A DNA stretch of 64,000 nucleotides from contig OZ024740.1 of the NCBI GenBank assembly GCA_964016885.1, positions 230,950,001 to 231,014,000 on the forward strand, in the 5' to 3' direction. This document shows, piece after piece, positions 38,355-51,299 of the stretch; position 1 is the stretch's first letter; each line of letters begins with the position of its first letter. Origin of the DNA: Eledone cirrhosa. Taxonomy: Eukaryota. Position numbers and translations under genes: made by a program. The notes below the pieces were generated by a model. It saw nothing but the letters and a program-made list of their open reading frames with translations, was not told the DNA's origin and ran no database searches.

Positions 38355-38610
38355 GCTCTATGGGCATGTAGTTAGAATGTTCTAGGAAAGAATCGCTGGA
38401 CAGATTTTATGGGCAAAACCAACTGGCAGGAGACCCAGGGGTAGACCCTGAGCAAGATAGTTGGATAACATCCATGAGTTCGACTGGTCTTGCTTGGGGA
38501 TCCAGCTGGATCAGTTGGAAATGGTTGTTTCTGACAGGACCCTTTGGAAGGAATGTTTGGGGTCTCTGCCCCCACGACCCTCTCAAGAATAAGTGGACAA
38601 AGAAGAAGGG
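38355..38610 (+). mobile_element. RTE-clade LINE 3' end
   Basis: Homologous to 24210-24460 (YGHVVRM..), with GAAGAAG tail. Confidence 0.75.
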
Positions 38611-39474
38611 GCTCTGTGGGGAAAATGGGTGGTTCACTTGATGTGTACTATGTCGTGTTTTTTGGGGGGAGGGGAATCCGAGATTGCTGTTGGTGACACA
38701 AATACTAACTATGCTATTGATTATAATAGAAGTGTCTGAAGTATCAGGTGATTCTTGTAAGGATGTTTTGCTATTTAGGTGCTTTAGCTACACTGTTACC
38801 CATGGCAGTTCAGGGAGAATCTTGGCCTGCATCAAAAGTTTTTAAGGGCAACCCAAGGCAATTTAGAGCAGGTTACTTTATCAGAAGGCAGCAAATTGTG
38901 AGTTATTAGGGCTCCGCATTGAAAATGCCTTGGTATTTGTTTTGGCTCCATGCACCCTAAGTTCAAATCCTGCCAAAGTCAACTTTGCCTTTCATCCTTA
39001 TGAAGTCAATAAAGTACCTGCCTTGGACTGGGGTCGATTCTCTCTCGTTTTGGGGGAAATTGGCTGTGTTCCGACTTAGAGATGGATGGGCTATGCCAGG
39101 TTTAAAGGTCCAAGACATGTCTTGTATCAAGACTGTCTCCTCCGTGATTCCACTAGGAGTTACGGGCCCTTACTTTGCCTGTGGACCATTCATGTTAATG
39201 CCATGCAAAAAAAAGGAAATGTTATTTTGTCAGCTTAGAAATACTGACATTAAACAATGTTGATGATATAACATTTGTCTGAATTTTGTTTTGTCGGTAG
39301 GTTTAACCAAATTCTGAATTTAAACGAATTATTTAAACCCTTTTAATATCAACCTGCCTGAAACACCCTTAGTTCTATGATACAAAAATGCCCATTTTAA
39401 AATGTTCATACTAATATTAAAACCTTTCATTATAATTTTATAGAAGACAATTCTGTTAATTAATGTTCCAAATA

Positions 39475-41500
39475 TCAGTGCAAGGATTGACGTTCTACGA
39501 CCTCAACTACTCAAGGATGGTATTTCCTTATCGGCTGGTGATGTCGGACTCAAGCTCTTGAAGAGTCCGACTTAGTTTGTGAATCAGTTCTCTTCAGAGA
39601 ATGTTCTCTCCTATATCTGTCCATTGTTCTGTGCCCCATTGTGGTTGGCTGCACCATTCGTCGTCTTACTGCAAGGGTGTGCTTGTTATTAGTTTCTGAT
39701 TCACTGTCGGTGGAATTTTCCTCTATCCAGTTAGGAGTGGGTACCACAACTCTATCACTTTGCTTGGCAGGCTTATCAAGAGCCCTCCTACCTTTCTTTT
39801 GGTGATCAAATCATCATTTCTGCTTCAGTAGTTCAACAGGGTGACCCGCTCTGTTTGCATTGGGCATTGATGACATTACCAAGATGGGGGTCGAACTGGA
39901 TTTAAGCATTTGGTATCTTGATGATGCTTGTTTAAGTGGACCTTGGGATAGGGTTTTTACAACTGCAAATAAAATGATTAAAAAGCTTGATCGTCGAGGG
40001 CCACCAGGTCAATAGCTCCAAATATGAGCTCAGGATTCTCAAAAACCCAGCTTCTCAACATCAGCAGACAATAGACCTGTTTGCAGAGTCCTTCTCGTCC
40101 ATTGTGGTCCCTTCCCTGTCAGTACAGTGCTCTTTGGAAACCCCAATTACAGACCCAGCTTTTGAGCCAAATTTCTAATCCAAGATGGTTAATCATGAGC
40201 AATTATTGAAGAACATTGAGGCAATCGAGCCCCATCAAGGTTTTTTTTATACTTAGGAATTACCTATCCATTCCTAAGCTACTATATATGCTTAGGGTTA
40301 ACCCATATCACAGATTTTCATCGTGTCTCCAACGCTTTGACAACCTAATCTTCAAGAGACTATAGTGCTTGGTCAATATTAGACTCTCTGCAGAGTGCTG
40401 TGGTGAAGGCACATTGCACAAGCGAATTAGAGGCCTTGGTTTACGTAAATATTTGTCCCTGTCTCTCCTTTGCTTCATTTCCTCAACCTATGCTTGCTCC
40501 ACCCTGATGGGTAACATCCTCTCCTTTCCAACATGGAGTAGTTCCAGGGAGATGGGAGATGGATGAAGTTCTTCTACAATGGAGAGAGTTGAGCTTGTCT
40601 ATCCCCGACATGCTAGAAAACAAACGGAGACAGAGAGTTTAGGACAACAAACATTCGAAGTCCACATTTGACTCTCTCTTCGACCAGTCAGATCAGTTCT
40701 CAAGGTGCCGCCTACTGTCTGCTAGTGCCAAATACTCAGGAGACTGGGCCAACATCGGTGGTCTACTCAGTTTGGACGATCTTCATGACTCCATTGCCTT
40801 CAGAATGGGGACCAATGTCTGTATGGGTCTGAAATGTCAGTGTGGAAGGCTCCTCAACTTCACAGTCTATCTTGCCATCTGTATGCTGTACGTTTGTGCG
40901 TCACACGAAGCTAAACTTTGTCATCAAGAGGGCTTTGGCTCAGGCAAACATCCCCACAATTTTGGAACCATCTGGATTGTCCAGAATTGGTGGGAAAAGG
41001 CCTGATGATCTTACCATATGCCCCTGGATAAGAGGCAGGTGTCTTATCCGGGACGTCACAGTTAGTGATTCTTTTGCTTCTTCCCACATCCTGGATGCCG
41101 TGGTTAGGGCGAGAGCTACTGCTTCTGTAGCTGAACGGAACAAAACTCTGAAATACCAAGATCTGTCGGCTAACTACCTTTCCCAGCCTGTGGCGTTCGA
41201 AACATTTGGGAAGTCGGACCTCTGACTGCGAGGTTTTTGTCATCACATGCTCGTGAAGGGGCTTGGCTGTTCCAGCGCATTAACCTCGCCATCCCCCGAA
41301 GTAATGCTGTGAATGTGCTGGCTTGCCTCAAAAACTATTAGAGAGGTTTTCCAGTACTCCTCGCGATATCGTTATCTTTTGTTCTGGCAGCAGTTCGTTT
41401 GTCCACACGTTTCGCTTGCCTTTTGATGTATGTGGTCCAAGATGTGTGTATTACCTGCTTGTGTTGTTTGTCTTTTTTTTTTTTCCTTTTGACCTTATAT
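39475..41500 (+). mobile_element. CRE-clade non-LTR retrotransposon, degraded RT plus RLE
   Basis: PIVVGCTIRRL, VQQGDP, IWYLDDA, CQCG..RHTKLN, KRPDDLTICPW..DVTV, FETFG. Confidence 0.85.
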
Positions 41501-41555
41501 CATCTATATATGTATGTATATATTCTGTCGATCGATTGGTTATTGATTAGGCGAA

Positions 41556-41666
41556 ACCCGCTGATGAAGCCACATGCCGATTGTCCATTGTTGCATAATA
41601 AATGCAGACAGTGGATACTGTGCACTCTATTACGGCATTAAGTGTGGCCAAAACTCGAGTACGAGT
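41556..41666 (+). ncRNA. Degenerate type I hammerhead ribozyme (GAAA mutated to AAAA)
   Basis: CTGATGA 41561-41567; long stem II GCCACAT..GTGTGGC; AAAA; palindromic CTCGAG; GTA triplet; stem I ACCCG/CGAGT. Confidence 0.55.
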
Positions 41667-41914
41667 ATAGATTGAATGTACCCATTTATGTGTGTTCTGT
41701 TAAATTGAATAACTGTGTCTACTCTGGGAGTTTACTGAATATTACCTATTGAGTACGCTGAAATGCAACCGGTACTAGCAGTGAAACCCATGCTAGTCTC
41801 GTCAACTTATAAATATATATCGTCCATAAATGTACGAATTGCATTTCATAAATAAAATATATTTATTACCGAAGTAGAATTTTAATATTCATTTTATTAA
41901 GGCTAAATAGAGTG

Positions 41915-41964
41915 TCTTATTACTCTGGAGTTTCGCCTGTTTATCATAGCGTCATCAGACAAGA
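41915..41964 (-). ncRNA. Type I hammerhead ribozyme
   Basis: Minus strand TCTTGT CTGATGA C GCT..GGC GAAA CTC-CA-GAG TA ATAAGA: intact core, 6-bp stem I, weak stem II. Confidence 0.65.
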
Positions 41965-42009
41965 ACTTGTCCGATGCCTTAATAAAATGTACATATATAT
42001 ATAAAATGT

Positions 42010-42051
<42 letters not shown>

Positions 42052-42939
42052 GAAGAGTCTCTACGTCATCACCTGACCAATTAGAAATACTAGCCAAATC
42101 TCCTTCAAATTAAACCCTCCCTTAAATAAAGAAGGAATGGATGCATTAGATAATGTAGTCCTATATAACCCTAATAAAACAAGACTGGCATAGCTGAAAT
42201 GCATTTTTAATCATGTGTGCTCTATTCGAGTTGCCTTACGGTTAAGTAACAATAAAATTATTCTCGAACATCGCCTTTTTTCTTCTCTAAATTTTATTTT
42301 ATTCTACGTGGAATTCTTTGTTAAACATAACTTAAGGATGAATGTAGGATAGATGGGGGCATAATATATTGATAGGTGGAATAATTCTTCCATTTCAGTA
42401 TTTCACAATATTGAATAACAACAGAACATTTGTGAATTAGGAAGAACAATCTGTAGATTTTAAAGAACTAAATAATTCATAGCTTCCCCCCAAAAATTAA
42501 TGGAAAGGTTCAAGAGCGAAATATTAGGGATACATAATTTTGAATCCTAAATCATCAAGATTTTTCTGTACGGGGTAATGAAAAAAACTGTTTCTTCGTA
42601 ATATTATCGAGTGGATTATTTCAAGAGAGACAATTCGTAAAATTCTAGTTGTCTCCCTTGATTAGTTACAAGATTTTACTTAAATTGAATATTTGTGTTG
42701 TCTATCACATTTGAGATATGTCGTCTCCGGATGAGAAAGGAGCCTTTTTAAAGTGGAACAGCTGTTGCAGCGGGTATCGCTGGTTGTTCTTCGTGGCGTT
42801 CTTCTATTGCCATCTTCTCCGCGGGGCGTAACTGAGATACGTTGTCTAACTGACGGTGTGGAATTAGCCCTTTTCCCATCTTGTTCTCTCCCTCTTTTTT
42901 TTTTAAAAATCTCATTTTTATTTCTGTTTTAGTGCGACA

Positions 42940-43405
42940 CCATAAGGGTTAACTAAACACTTTGAGGCAAGCCAATACACTCGCAGCATTGCCATGGGTG
43001 ATAGCGAGGCTAAGGCACTGAAACAACCAGGCACCATCACGGGCATCACCTGACACCTCAGTAAGGCGAGCTGTCAGCGATGACAAGAACTTCGCTGTCA
43101 GCAGCTCAACTTCAACAAACGTCTCGAACGCCACAGGCTGGAAAAAGTAATGAGGGTGCCTGGTTGTTTCAGCGCCTTACCCTCGCCATCACCCGTGGTA
43201 ATGCTGCGAGCGTATTGGCTTGCCTGAAAGTGTTTAGTTAACTCTTATGATGTGATGCGCGGTCGCATTTGGTGGTGAATTGCCCCTTTTTTTCTCTTTA
43301 TGTTTTGTTTCTTCTCTTTTATATTTGTATAAATTATATGTGTTTGTGTTTACATATTGTAAGGATTATATTATTATACAACTGTGAACTGTGAATAAAA
43401 GAACT
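42940..43405. mobile_element. Head-to-head inverted pair of CRE-clade 3' ends
   Basis: Minus copy AFETF..WLFQCLSLAITHGNAASVLACLKVFS (42949-43145) and plus copy of the same tail (43152-43250) with 3' UTR and AATAAA. Confidence 0.8.
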
Positions 43406-43499
43406 ATTTTGTTTTATGAATTCTAAATAGACGCTGGTTATTCTTTGATTAAACAAAATTAGCCACTGTAAAACCTAAATGAAATTCTATTACACAAAA

Positions 43500-46305
43500 C
43501 TCACAGCCTTTGAATTTGACTTCTGTTTTTTTCCCTTCTCTTTGCATGTTCATTGCTCTTTCTCTTCCACTGTATTTACCTGCCTTTCACAAGACCACCC
43601 TCATCTCGCCGCACTCACAAACCTCCCCGCTGTTTTTCCCTCTTCCTCCTTTTCCACGTTCTATTATCCTTACCTTTAACTTCGTCCTCACGCACATCCC
43701 ACCTGTCTTCGCTCGACACGTTAGTGACCCGATGTTCTGATCGATCTATCACCAGTGATTGCCGATAACCTAATCCACTCTCGGCGGCGGAAGCATGCGT
43801 CGAATGACCAAGAGACCTGCTTGGCGGAACGACTATGTGACAACAGGTCAGCCAGCCTTCGACCTCTTATTCTCCCCCAAATTCGGCACGCACAAGAGGA
43901 GTTAACTTGTCTCTCTACCTATCCCCCCTCCTCTCCACCGCTGGTTCCGAACGGAAGTAACCCTGCCAACCCCACCACTCTTACAACTGTTAGCCCACCT
44001 CCAAGCACCACCCAACCTCCATTCTAGTCCCACCGTTAGAACCAATGCTGCTTATCCTTCCTCTTTTACTGACTCACTCCTTCGCTCGTATTCCAACGTT
44101 GGCTCTTTACCGTCGGTCGCTGCCAACTCACCACCTGATTGTGCTCTCTGTTCCCGCACTAACCGGTATCTAAATTTAATTAAATGTTACCTGTGCTGCC
44201 AAAGCTACCATAGGAGCTGCGTCGGCATCACCAAGGCTCAAGCCGAAAGACTTCAATACTGGACCTGTAATCAGTGTCACTTTAGTTCTGACGTACTCTG
44301 TGGAGACGTCCCACGCTTCGATGACCAGTTCTCTACAGAAAACTTTGCCGCAGCCCTCCTGGGTTTATCCAAATCGAAGCTCACCAACCGGATCCCTAAG
44401 GGAGCTCGGAATAGCTTTGCACGTGCCCTCTCCAATCTGTTGAAAAACATGTTTATCCAACAATACGTCTGACTGACAAAAACTGTTTTTGTTTCCTCTC
44501 ATTTCTCTTCACATGCACAATGCGAAATCTAGCTCCCCCACGTTTTCTCTCAAGCAGCAGTTTCAGCTGTTTGAGTCCACCCCAATCACTTCTCACCTCA
44601 GTTTGAAATCGAGCTCGGTGCTTACCAACAGACAACCGATAAACCTTAAGCATGCTGTTAATGACAAATTCAGCGAATTTGACATTAATGGGGCTGTCCG
44701 TCTCCTCTCTTCTCTGTCCTCCCTCGCTCTGTGTAACTTTGATTCTCTTGAGCGACTGAAAGAGAAGCACAAATCGGCACCCCTAGATGATCAGTTACAC
44801 TGGCCCAAACCACCAGAATACTCGAGACCGGTCTACACAACTAATAACATCAGAAAGGTGATTACATCCTTCCCCGCTGGTTTAGCTGCGGGGATTGACG
44901 GCCTTCGACCACAGCACCTCAAGAATTGTATCTCCTTATCAGCTGGTGACAACAGACACGAGCTCTTGGAGAGTCTGACTCAGTTTGTGAATCAGTTCTC
45001 TTCAGTGAACGTTCTCCCCTATATCGGCCCACTGTTTTTCGGTGCGAAATTATTCGGACTCAATAAGCCCAACGGAGACCTGCGCCCCATTGCGGTTGGT
45101 TGCACCCTTCGTCGCCTTACTGCAAAGGTGTGTTTGCTATCGGTCTCTGATTCACTATCGGAGGAATTTTCACCCATCCAACTAGGGGTGTGTACCAAGT
45201 TAGGATGTGAGGTTGCTGCCCACGCTACCGGAGCCTTTACCAACTTGCATTCCAAGTCCCCCAGGGTGGTCCTAAAACTTGACCTCAAGAATGCCTTCAA
45301 CTCCGTCAGCCGCGCTGTCGTCCTCAGCTCAATGAGAAGATACCACAACTCTACCACTTTGCTTGGCAGGCTTATCGGGAGCCCTCCTACCTCTCTTTTG
45401 GTGAACAAATTATCATCTCTGCCTCAGGAGTCCAACAGGGTGATCCACTCAGGCGAGCTCTGCTTGCACCGGGCATTGATGACATCACCAAGATGGGGGT
45501 TGAGTTGGACCTCAACGTCTGGTATACTCAGCTTGGACGAACTTCATTGCCCCCAGAGTGGGAGCCGATGTCTGTTTGAGCTTGAGGTGCCGGTGTGGGA
45601 AACTCCTCGACTCCACAGGCCTCCACGGTATTTCTTGCCGCCTGAATGCCGGTCGCTTCGCGCGTCACACGGAGCTAAACGTCATTTTCAAAAGAGCTTT
45701 GGCCCGGGCAAACATCCCCTCAATTTTGGAACCGTCTGACGGTCTTACCCAGTGCCCCTGGTCGAGAGGCATGTAACTTATCTGGGACGTCACAGTTAGT
45801 GACTCTTTTGCTTCTTCCCACATCTTGGATGCTGCAGTTAGGGCGTGAGCCACAGCTTCCGCAACCGAACGTAACAAAATCCTAAAAGAGGTTTGGGGGA
45901 GTCGGGCTACTTACTGCGAGATTCTTATCTTCACTGGTGGCTCACCTAACAGTGGTAACTGGTGATGCTCGTGATGGCGCTTGGCTGTCCCAGCGCATCA
46001 GTCTCACCATCACCCGAGGTAACGCCACGAGCGTGTTGGCTTGCCTAAAAATTTATTAGAAAGGTTTCCCAGTGCTCTTCGCGATATTGTTATCTTTTGC
46101 TCTGGTAGCAGCTCGCTTGTCCACCCCTCTCGCCAGCCTTTTGCTGTATGTGGTGCTAGATGTGTGTGCTACCTGCTTCTGTGTTTTTTCTTTTCTCTTT
46201 CTTTTCCTCTTTCGTTTTCGTTTTTCTTTACATTATATTTGTTTGTGCTTTCGTTCTGTAAGCATTGTGTTATATGTTAGTTATAAACGCGAATAAAACG
46301 AAATA
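43500..46305 (+). mobile_element. CRE-clade non-LTR retrotransposon with PHD finger, RT and RLE; internally deleted
   Basis: PHD 44140-44277; RIPKGAR; AAGIDGLRPQHLK; LRPIAVGCTLRRL; KLDLKNAFNSV; SGVQQGDPL; CRCG..HGISC..RHTELN; WDVTV; AATAAA then (TA)n. 5' boundary approximate. Confidence 0.85.
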
Positions 46306-46454
46306 CTATATATATATATATATATATATATAATTCCACACTGTTGTGTTGCTACCATTGTTCTTGTCGTCGGGACAGGCGATTTCAGGCATTACGTAGA
46401 GGGGCCGGTTCGAAAAATATATTGCAGAGTGAAGGATTATCTTGTATTATTGCC

Positions 46455-47025
46455 ATGCTTTGCAGCAAAGAGTTACGGCCCTTTATGGTCTGAGTTCAAA
46501 TCCCGCCGAGGTTAACTTTGCTTTTCATCCTTACGGGGTCGATAAAATAAAGTACCAGTAATACACTGAAATAATTGCTGGCCTTGTGCCAAAAGTAGAA
46601 ACAACTATTATACAAAATAACAGGGCGGTGGATTGGCAGTATCGGCAGAGAGTCGGACACCATACTTTGCAGCATAGAGTTATGTTCCTTTGCGGTCTGA
46701 GTTCAAATCCCGCCGAGGTTGACTTTGCCTTTCATCCTTGCGGGGTCGATAAAATAAAGCACCAGTAAAGTACTGGGGTCGATTTAATCAACTTTTCCCT
46801 CCCTCCAAATTGTGCCTTGTGCCTATACTAGAAATCATTATTGCAGTGTCGGTAGAGGGTTGGACGCCATGCTTTCTAGCATAGTTACGTCCCTTTACAG
46901 TCTGAGTTCAAATCCCGTCGAGGCTAACTTTGCCTTTCATCCTTATGGGGACGATAAAATAAAGTACCAGTAATGCACTGGGTATTTGGTGGCCTTGTGC
47001 CAAAAGTAGAAACAATTATTATACA
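46455..47025 (+). mobile_element. Three tandem Nin/Deu-domain SINE copies
   Basis: GTCTGAGTTCAAATCCCG..ACTTTGC(C/T)TTTCATCCTT..GGGG.CGATAAAATAAAG.ACCAGTAA three times (~46490, 46695, 46900). Confidence 0.85.
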
Positions 47026-49274
47026 AAATAACACTGAGGAGTTGTAGTTGTGTCATTTGCGGCGCCACAGTTAGGAACTCCTTTGCTCCCCCCCCCCCCC
47101 CTTTTCCACACACATCCTGGATGCTGCGGCAAAGGTGAGGGTCACTGCATCCATTGCCAAACGGAAATATAATTCTAAAATACCAGGACGTATCGAGAAG
47201 CTATTTTTTTTTTCAGACTGTGACATTCGAAATGTTTGGCGGAGCTGAGTTACTGACTGCGAAGTTCTTGTTACTACTGACGATTCACCTAACCGACGTA
47301 TCAAGCGATGCCGGGGAGACTGCTTGGTCATTTCGGCGTCTTAGCCTCACCATCAATTGCGGTAATGCCGTGTGTTGTCTTGCCTCAATTATTAGAGAGA
47401 AACTTTAGCACCACTTTGGTTTATTATTGACTGATCATGTCTTTTCATGAATCCCCCCCGTACCCTCCACGCTTGTTGTCTACTTCTATATATACATTTC
47501 TGTGATTCTGTCACAACACGTAAAGAGAGAGGAGTAGTTTGACTACCTCTTACTACTCCTCTCACTTTACGTCTGCTGCCTGCGTGAATGTATGTGTGTC
47601 TAAAAGGAAGGCAGGGGGCGGTGGAAAAACTATAGCAAAATAGCGGCTGGCGTTCCATTTGTTATGCTGTGTATATGTGTATCTATTTGTGTGAATGTAT
47701 GTCTGAGTGTGTATTTTTGTAAGTGTGTCTGTGTTTGCACGTTTATATTTACATACTCATACATAGAAATGTATGCATATGCACATACACACACGCACAC
47801 ATATATACACATACGCGTCAGAGTGTTAAACAAAATCCTAGTTCTTAAAATAGTTGTTTTGATTATTCATGTAAATAAAATACTCTTTCTGCGAAAATTG
47901 AAAATTGAAAATACTCTTTCTGCGAAAATTGAAAACCGCCAGAGAACGTATATGTAGCGATGAATCTATTTTATTACTGATATATTGTTTATCGTGTAGT
48001 TTAAGTGTTACACTTGTACTTCGTTCTGTGTAGGTTATTGTTTGGCGCCTTTTCGTTTCGACTCCGTAAGGATGAAAGGCAAAGTTAACCGCGGCGGGAT
48101 AAATATAATATACAAAAATATATTTTATCAAAGCGAGAGAAAAACAAACAAACAAAAACAACTATCAATTCACCACCACGAGCGGCCGTCAATCGGTCAC
48201 ACACCACACCACAGGGTTAAGGGAAATTTTCGAAGCAAGCCAACACGCTCGTAGCATTGCCACGGGTGATGGCGAGGCTAAGGAGTGGAAACACTTGACA
48301 CCTCAGTAAGGTGAGCTGCTAACGATGAGAAGAACTTCCACGAAACGTCTCGAACACCACTAGGCGTTTTTACGTTTCCGGACACCTAAACTAAAATATA
48401 CAAAAAAAAAAAAAAAAATGAAAGTAAAGCATTGTTATTAACTAACCAGGCTTCACATCTACTTCTTGTCGTCAAACTGGTTACAGGCAATTTGATATCA
48501 ACAGGTTTAAGTATAGAATCATTAGAACATCTAACTGATAAAATGACAAGTCAGTCAACCATATTGGTGGCCTCCCCACAACCCCGGGGACAGAATGGAG
48601 AAGTTGACACGTGTGAGATTTATTTTTGTAAATTTATCGAAAGACACGTCCACCGATTTCAGTGGGAAATAATTTTTTTCTTGGTGTATTCCGTGTGTTA
48701 TCAATTAAACTTATCTCCTGATATAGTCCTAAGAACTTTTTCCGGAAAAGGAGTCGGGGAAGGGGACCGTCGGACTCCCCACCATACACACCGCGTTTCT
48801 TTTTACCATTTCATTTTCCCTCGTTTTTTTTTTTTCGTGTGTTACCAACTAATTATACCTCTGAACATGCTGCAAAGGACCCCCCACCTCGTGGTGGGAG
48901 GGACTCCCCTCTTCACCCTCCGTTTTCTGGGAGAAAAGATATTTTCAGTATGTTCGGAAGTAAGATTAGTTGATAGCAAAAAAAAAAAAAGAAAAAAAAA
49001 AACTCCGAGGGTCCCCTCTCCCCCTCTTTTCCGGGGAAAAGTTCTTAGAACCACATTAGGAGGTAAGACGTTTGAAGAACCTTGAGTGGACATGCACCCC
49101 TCCCCGCTCCTTATAATATTCTTGACATATCGCGGTAGCCACTACACGGTCACTTGACCTGCTTGAAATAGCAGCCAAATCTCCCCGAAACTCCGCATTA
49201 TCGTTTAAAACACACGCACACAAAGTGGACTGGCCATGATTGAAAATGTTTTGTTTATAGATTTGACCTGGGAC

Positions 49275-50097
49275 CAGAGGCGTAACTAGGGTATAGCAAG
49301 CATGTCACGCGTCATGGGTACCACTTGGCCTAGGAGCTCTTTGTATTAAAGTCAGATAAGCTATCGTCGAAGAGTGAAAAAAGAAACTTCTTCAGATGTA
49401 TGATCTGTCTTTGATTAACAGGGGTGAGAAGCACTATGGTAGCTGGATTATTAAACAATTTATAGAAATTATTAGACCCATAAGTAATTGAAACTGATTC
49501 TCTGCTATTTGAGAGTCACCATGAGTCAAGTCAGACTCTGTGATTTTGCTATTTGAGAGCCACCATGGCTCAAGTCACTCTGGTCTTGCTATTTGAGAGC
49601 CACCATGGCTCAAGTCACTCTGGTCTTGCTATTTGAGAGCCACCATGGCTCAAGTCACTCTGTGGTCTTGCTATTTGAGAGCCACCATGGCTCAAGTCTG
49701 ACTGTGATCTGGCTATTTGAGAACCACCATGGTTCAAGTCAGACTCTGTGATCTTGCTATTTGAGAGCCACTATGGCTTAAGTCTGACTGTGATCTTGCT
49801 ATTAGAGAGCCACCATGGGTCAAGTCAGACACTGTGATCTTGCTGTTTTCAGTGCAGAAAGAGAAGAAACTGAAACAACTAACTTTGTCCACATCATAGA
49901 CAACAAATTTACATCAGTAAAAGCAAGGAAGATGCAATTGTAATTTTCATGCTCTGTCTTCAATTAAAAAATTAACAAACCTGATTGGTATTTTAAGCTG
50001 ATTTTATGGTTAACTGAAAGATGGTTGTCAGATGTTTGGGAAGGGGCGCAATTTCACTGCTTGCTTATAGGCGCTATTTTCCCTAGTTACACCTCTG
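49275..50097 (+). mobile_element. Non-autonomous hAT transposon with dimerisation-domain remnant
   Basis: 16-bp TIRs CAGAGGCGTAACTAGG / CCTAGTTACACCTCTG; 8-bp TSD CCTGGGAC/CCTAGGGC; LKLILCYLR.TM.Q.R..DLAVFSAERE..IIDNKFTSVKARK*. Confidence 0.88.
49503..49840. repeat. 40-44-bp minisatellite (8 units) inside the hAT element
   Basis: Unit TGCTATTTGAGAGCCACCATGGCTCAAGTC(AG)ACTCTG(TG)(G/A)TCT. Confidence 0.95.
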
Positions 50098-50704
50098 CCT
50101 AGGGCTAAAGCAATATCCCCAATAACAGTAAACTCTATCTGACAATAATTGATTATGTATCTTACGAAAAACACTCAATAAAACCGAAGAGTGATTATTT
50201 GCTTCTACAGAAAATGTAGAAAAAAAAATGATGTTGGAGGGGCGGAAATAAAAACAAACAAACAAACATTTAGTCATGTCACGTTCTAATAACCAAACGA
50301 CTGGAGCACATCGTCCAACATACGACTAGCTGACAGCTGTAAATAGGTTAATCACCAGCATAATTAATAAGCCAGTAACCTCACAATGATACTTCATCTA
50401 ACAATGAATCAAAAACAGCTGAATGGAAATTTTAGGGCAGTCTAATATTCCTCACCTCGGCTTTGTTTCCTCACAACTTCCTTAATAATGGTTTCTACAT
50501 TTGGCACAAAGCCATAATTTGAATGGATGGGAGTGGGGGGGTGGGGGGAGTGGAAAGTCAATTAAATCTATTCCAGTGCATTACTGGTGCTTTATTTTAT
50601 GAAACTTGTGTAACTGGTCGACAATTAATACAAACATTCCTGTGAAACTTCATGTTATACTTATATACAGGGTGGCTTGAAAGAAAATCCCAATTTAAAA
50701 TTGT

Positions 50705-51070
50705 TAATCATCAACATCATTGCGACCACAGTTGAACATTCCTGACAAAGTCTCTCCGCAATCCACAATTTCCCATTGCTCCTAGCAACTATTCCCTACT
50801 GAGGTTTCTATCATTTGAGAGTTGATCAATGAAGGTTCAAGCAGGTCTTCCTCTACTGTGTCTCCTGTGAGTTGGTTCCTACAATAGTAACTTGTGTATA
50901 ACTTCTTGCTTACTTCTCCAGCAATGCCCTGCAAATCGTAATTGTCTTTAAGCAATTGTAGTTGTTATGTTGGGCAAGTCTCCGTATAAACTTACATTTG
51001 TAAAACGATTATGCCAGTTTATGTTTTGTACAACCCTAAGCATTTTAGTGTATACACCATCTAATTTCTT
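50705..51070 (-). mobile_element. RTE-related LINE 3' fragment (continues 53555-53760)
   Basis: KKLDGVYTKMLRVVQNINW..LYGDLP..RQLRFAGHCWR..RGRP. Confidence 0.75.
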
Positions 51071-51299
51071 GTCAGGGTCCACGAGTAGAGAAAGAAATGT
51101 TTTTCTATTGTGTTTTTCCCTTACCACCAAATGAGTGACCTGTCACCTCGCAGGGAAGACAATAGATAACTTTTCCTGGTGGAAGGATTTACGACGTCAA
51201 TTGTATGAAGGAGAAAATCGAAGTAATCATATTTTTTTCTTTTGTTGAGGTGAGGTAAAGATATATTTGACTGGAATAAAGCAGACTGGAACTATTACT

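Noticed and set aside
48447-48534. AG/GT-bounded 88-nt exon candidate in intron 1
   Set aside because: No FBXO31 similarity, it would shift the frame, and exons 1 and 2 already join correctly.
48432-49110. 217-aa ORF
   Set aside because: Low-complexity translation across a repeat with internal inverted segments (about 48711-48765 and 49012-49067); no domain recognised.
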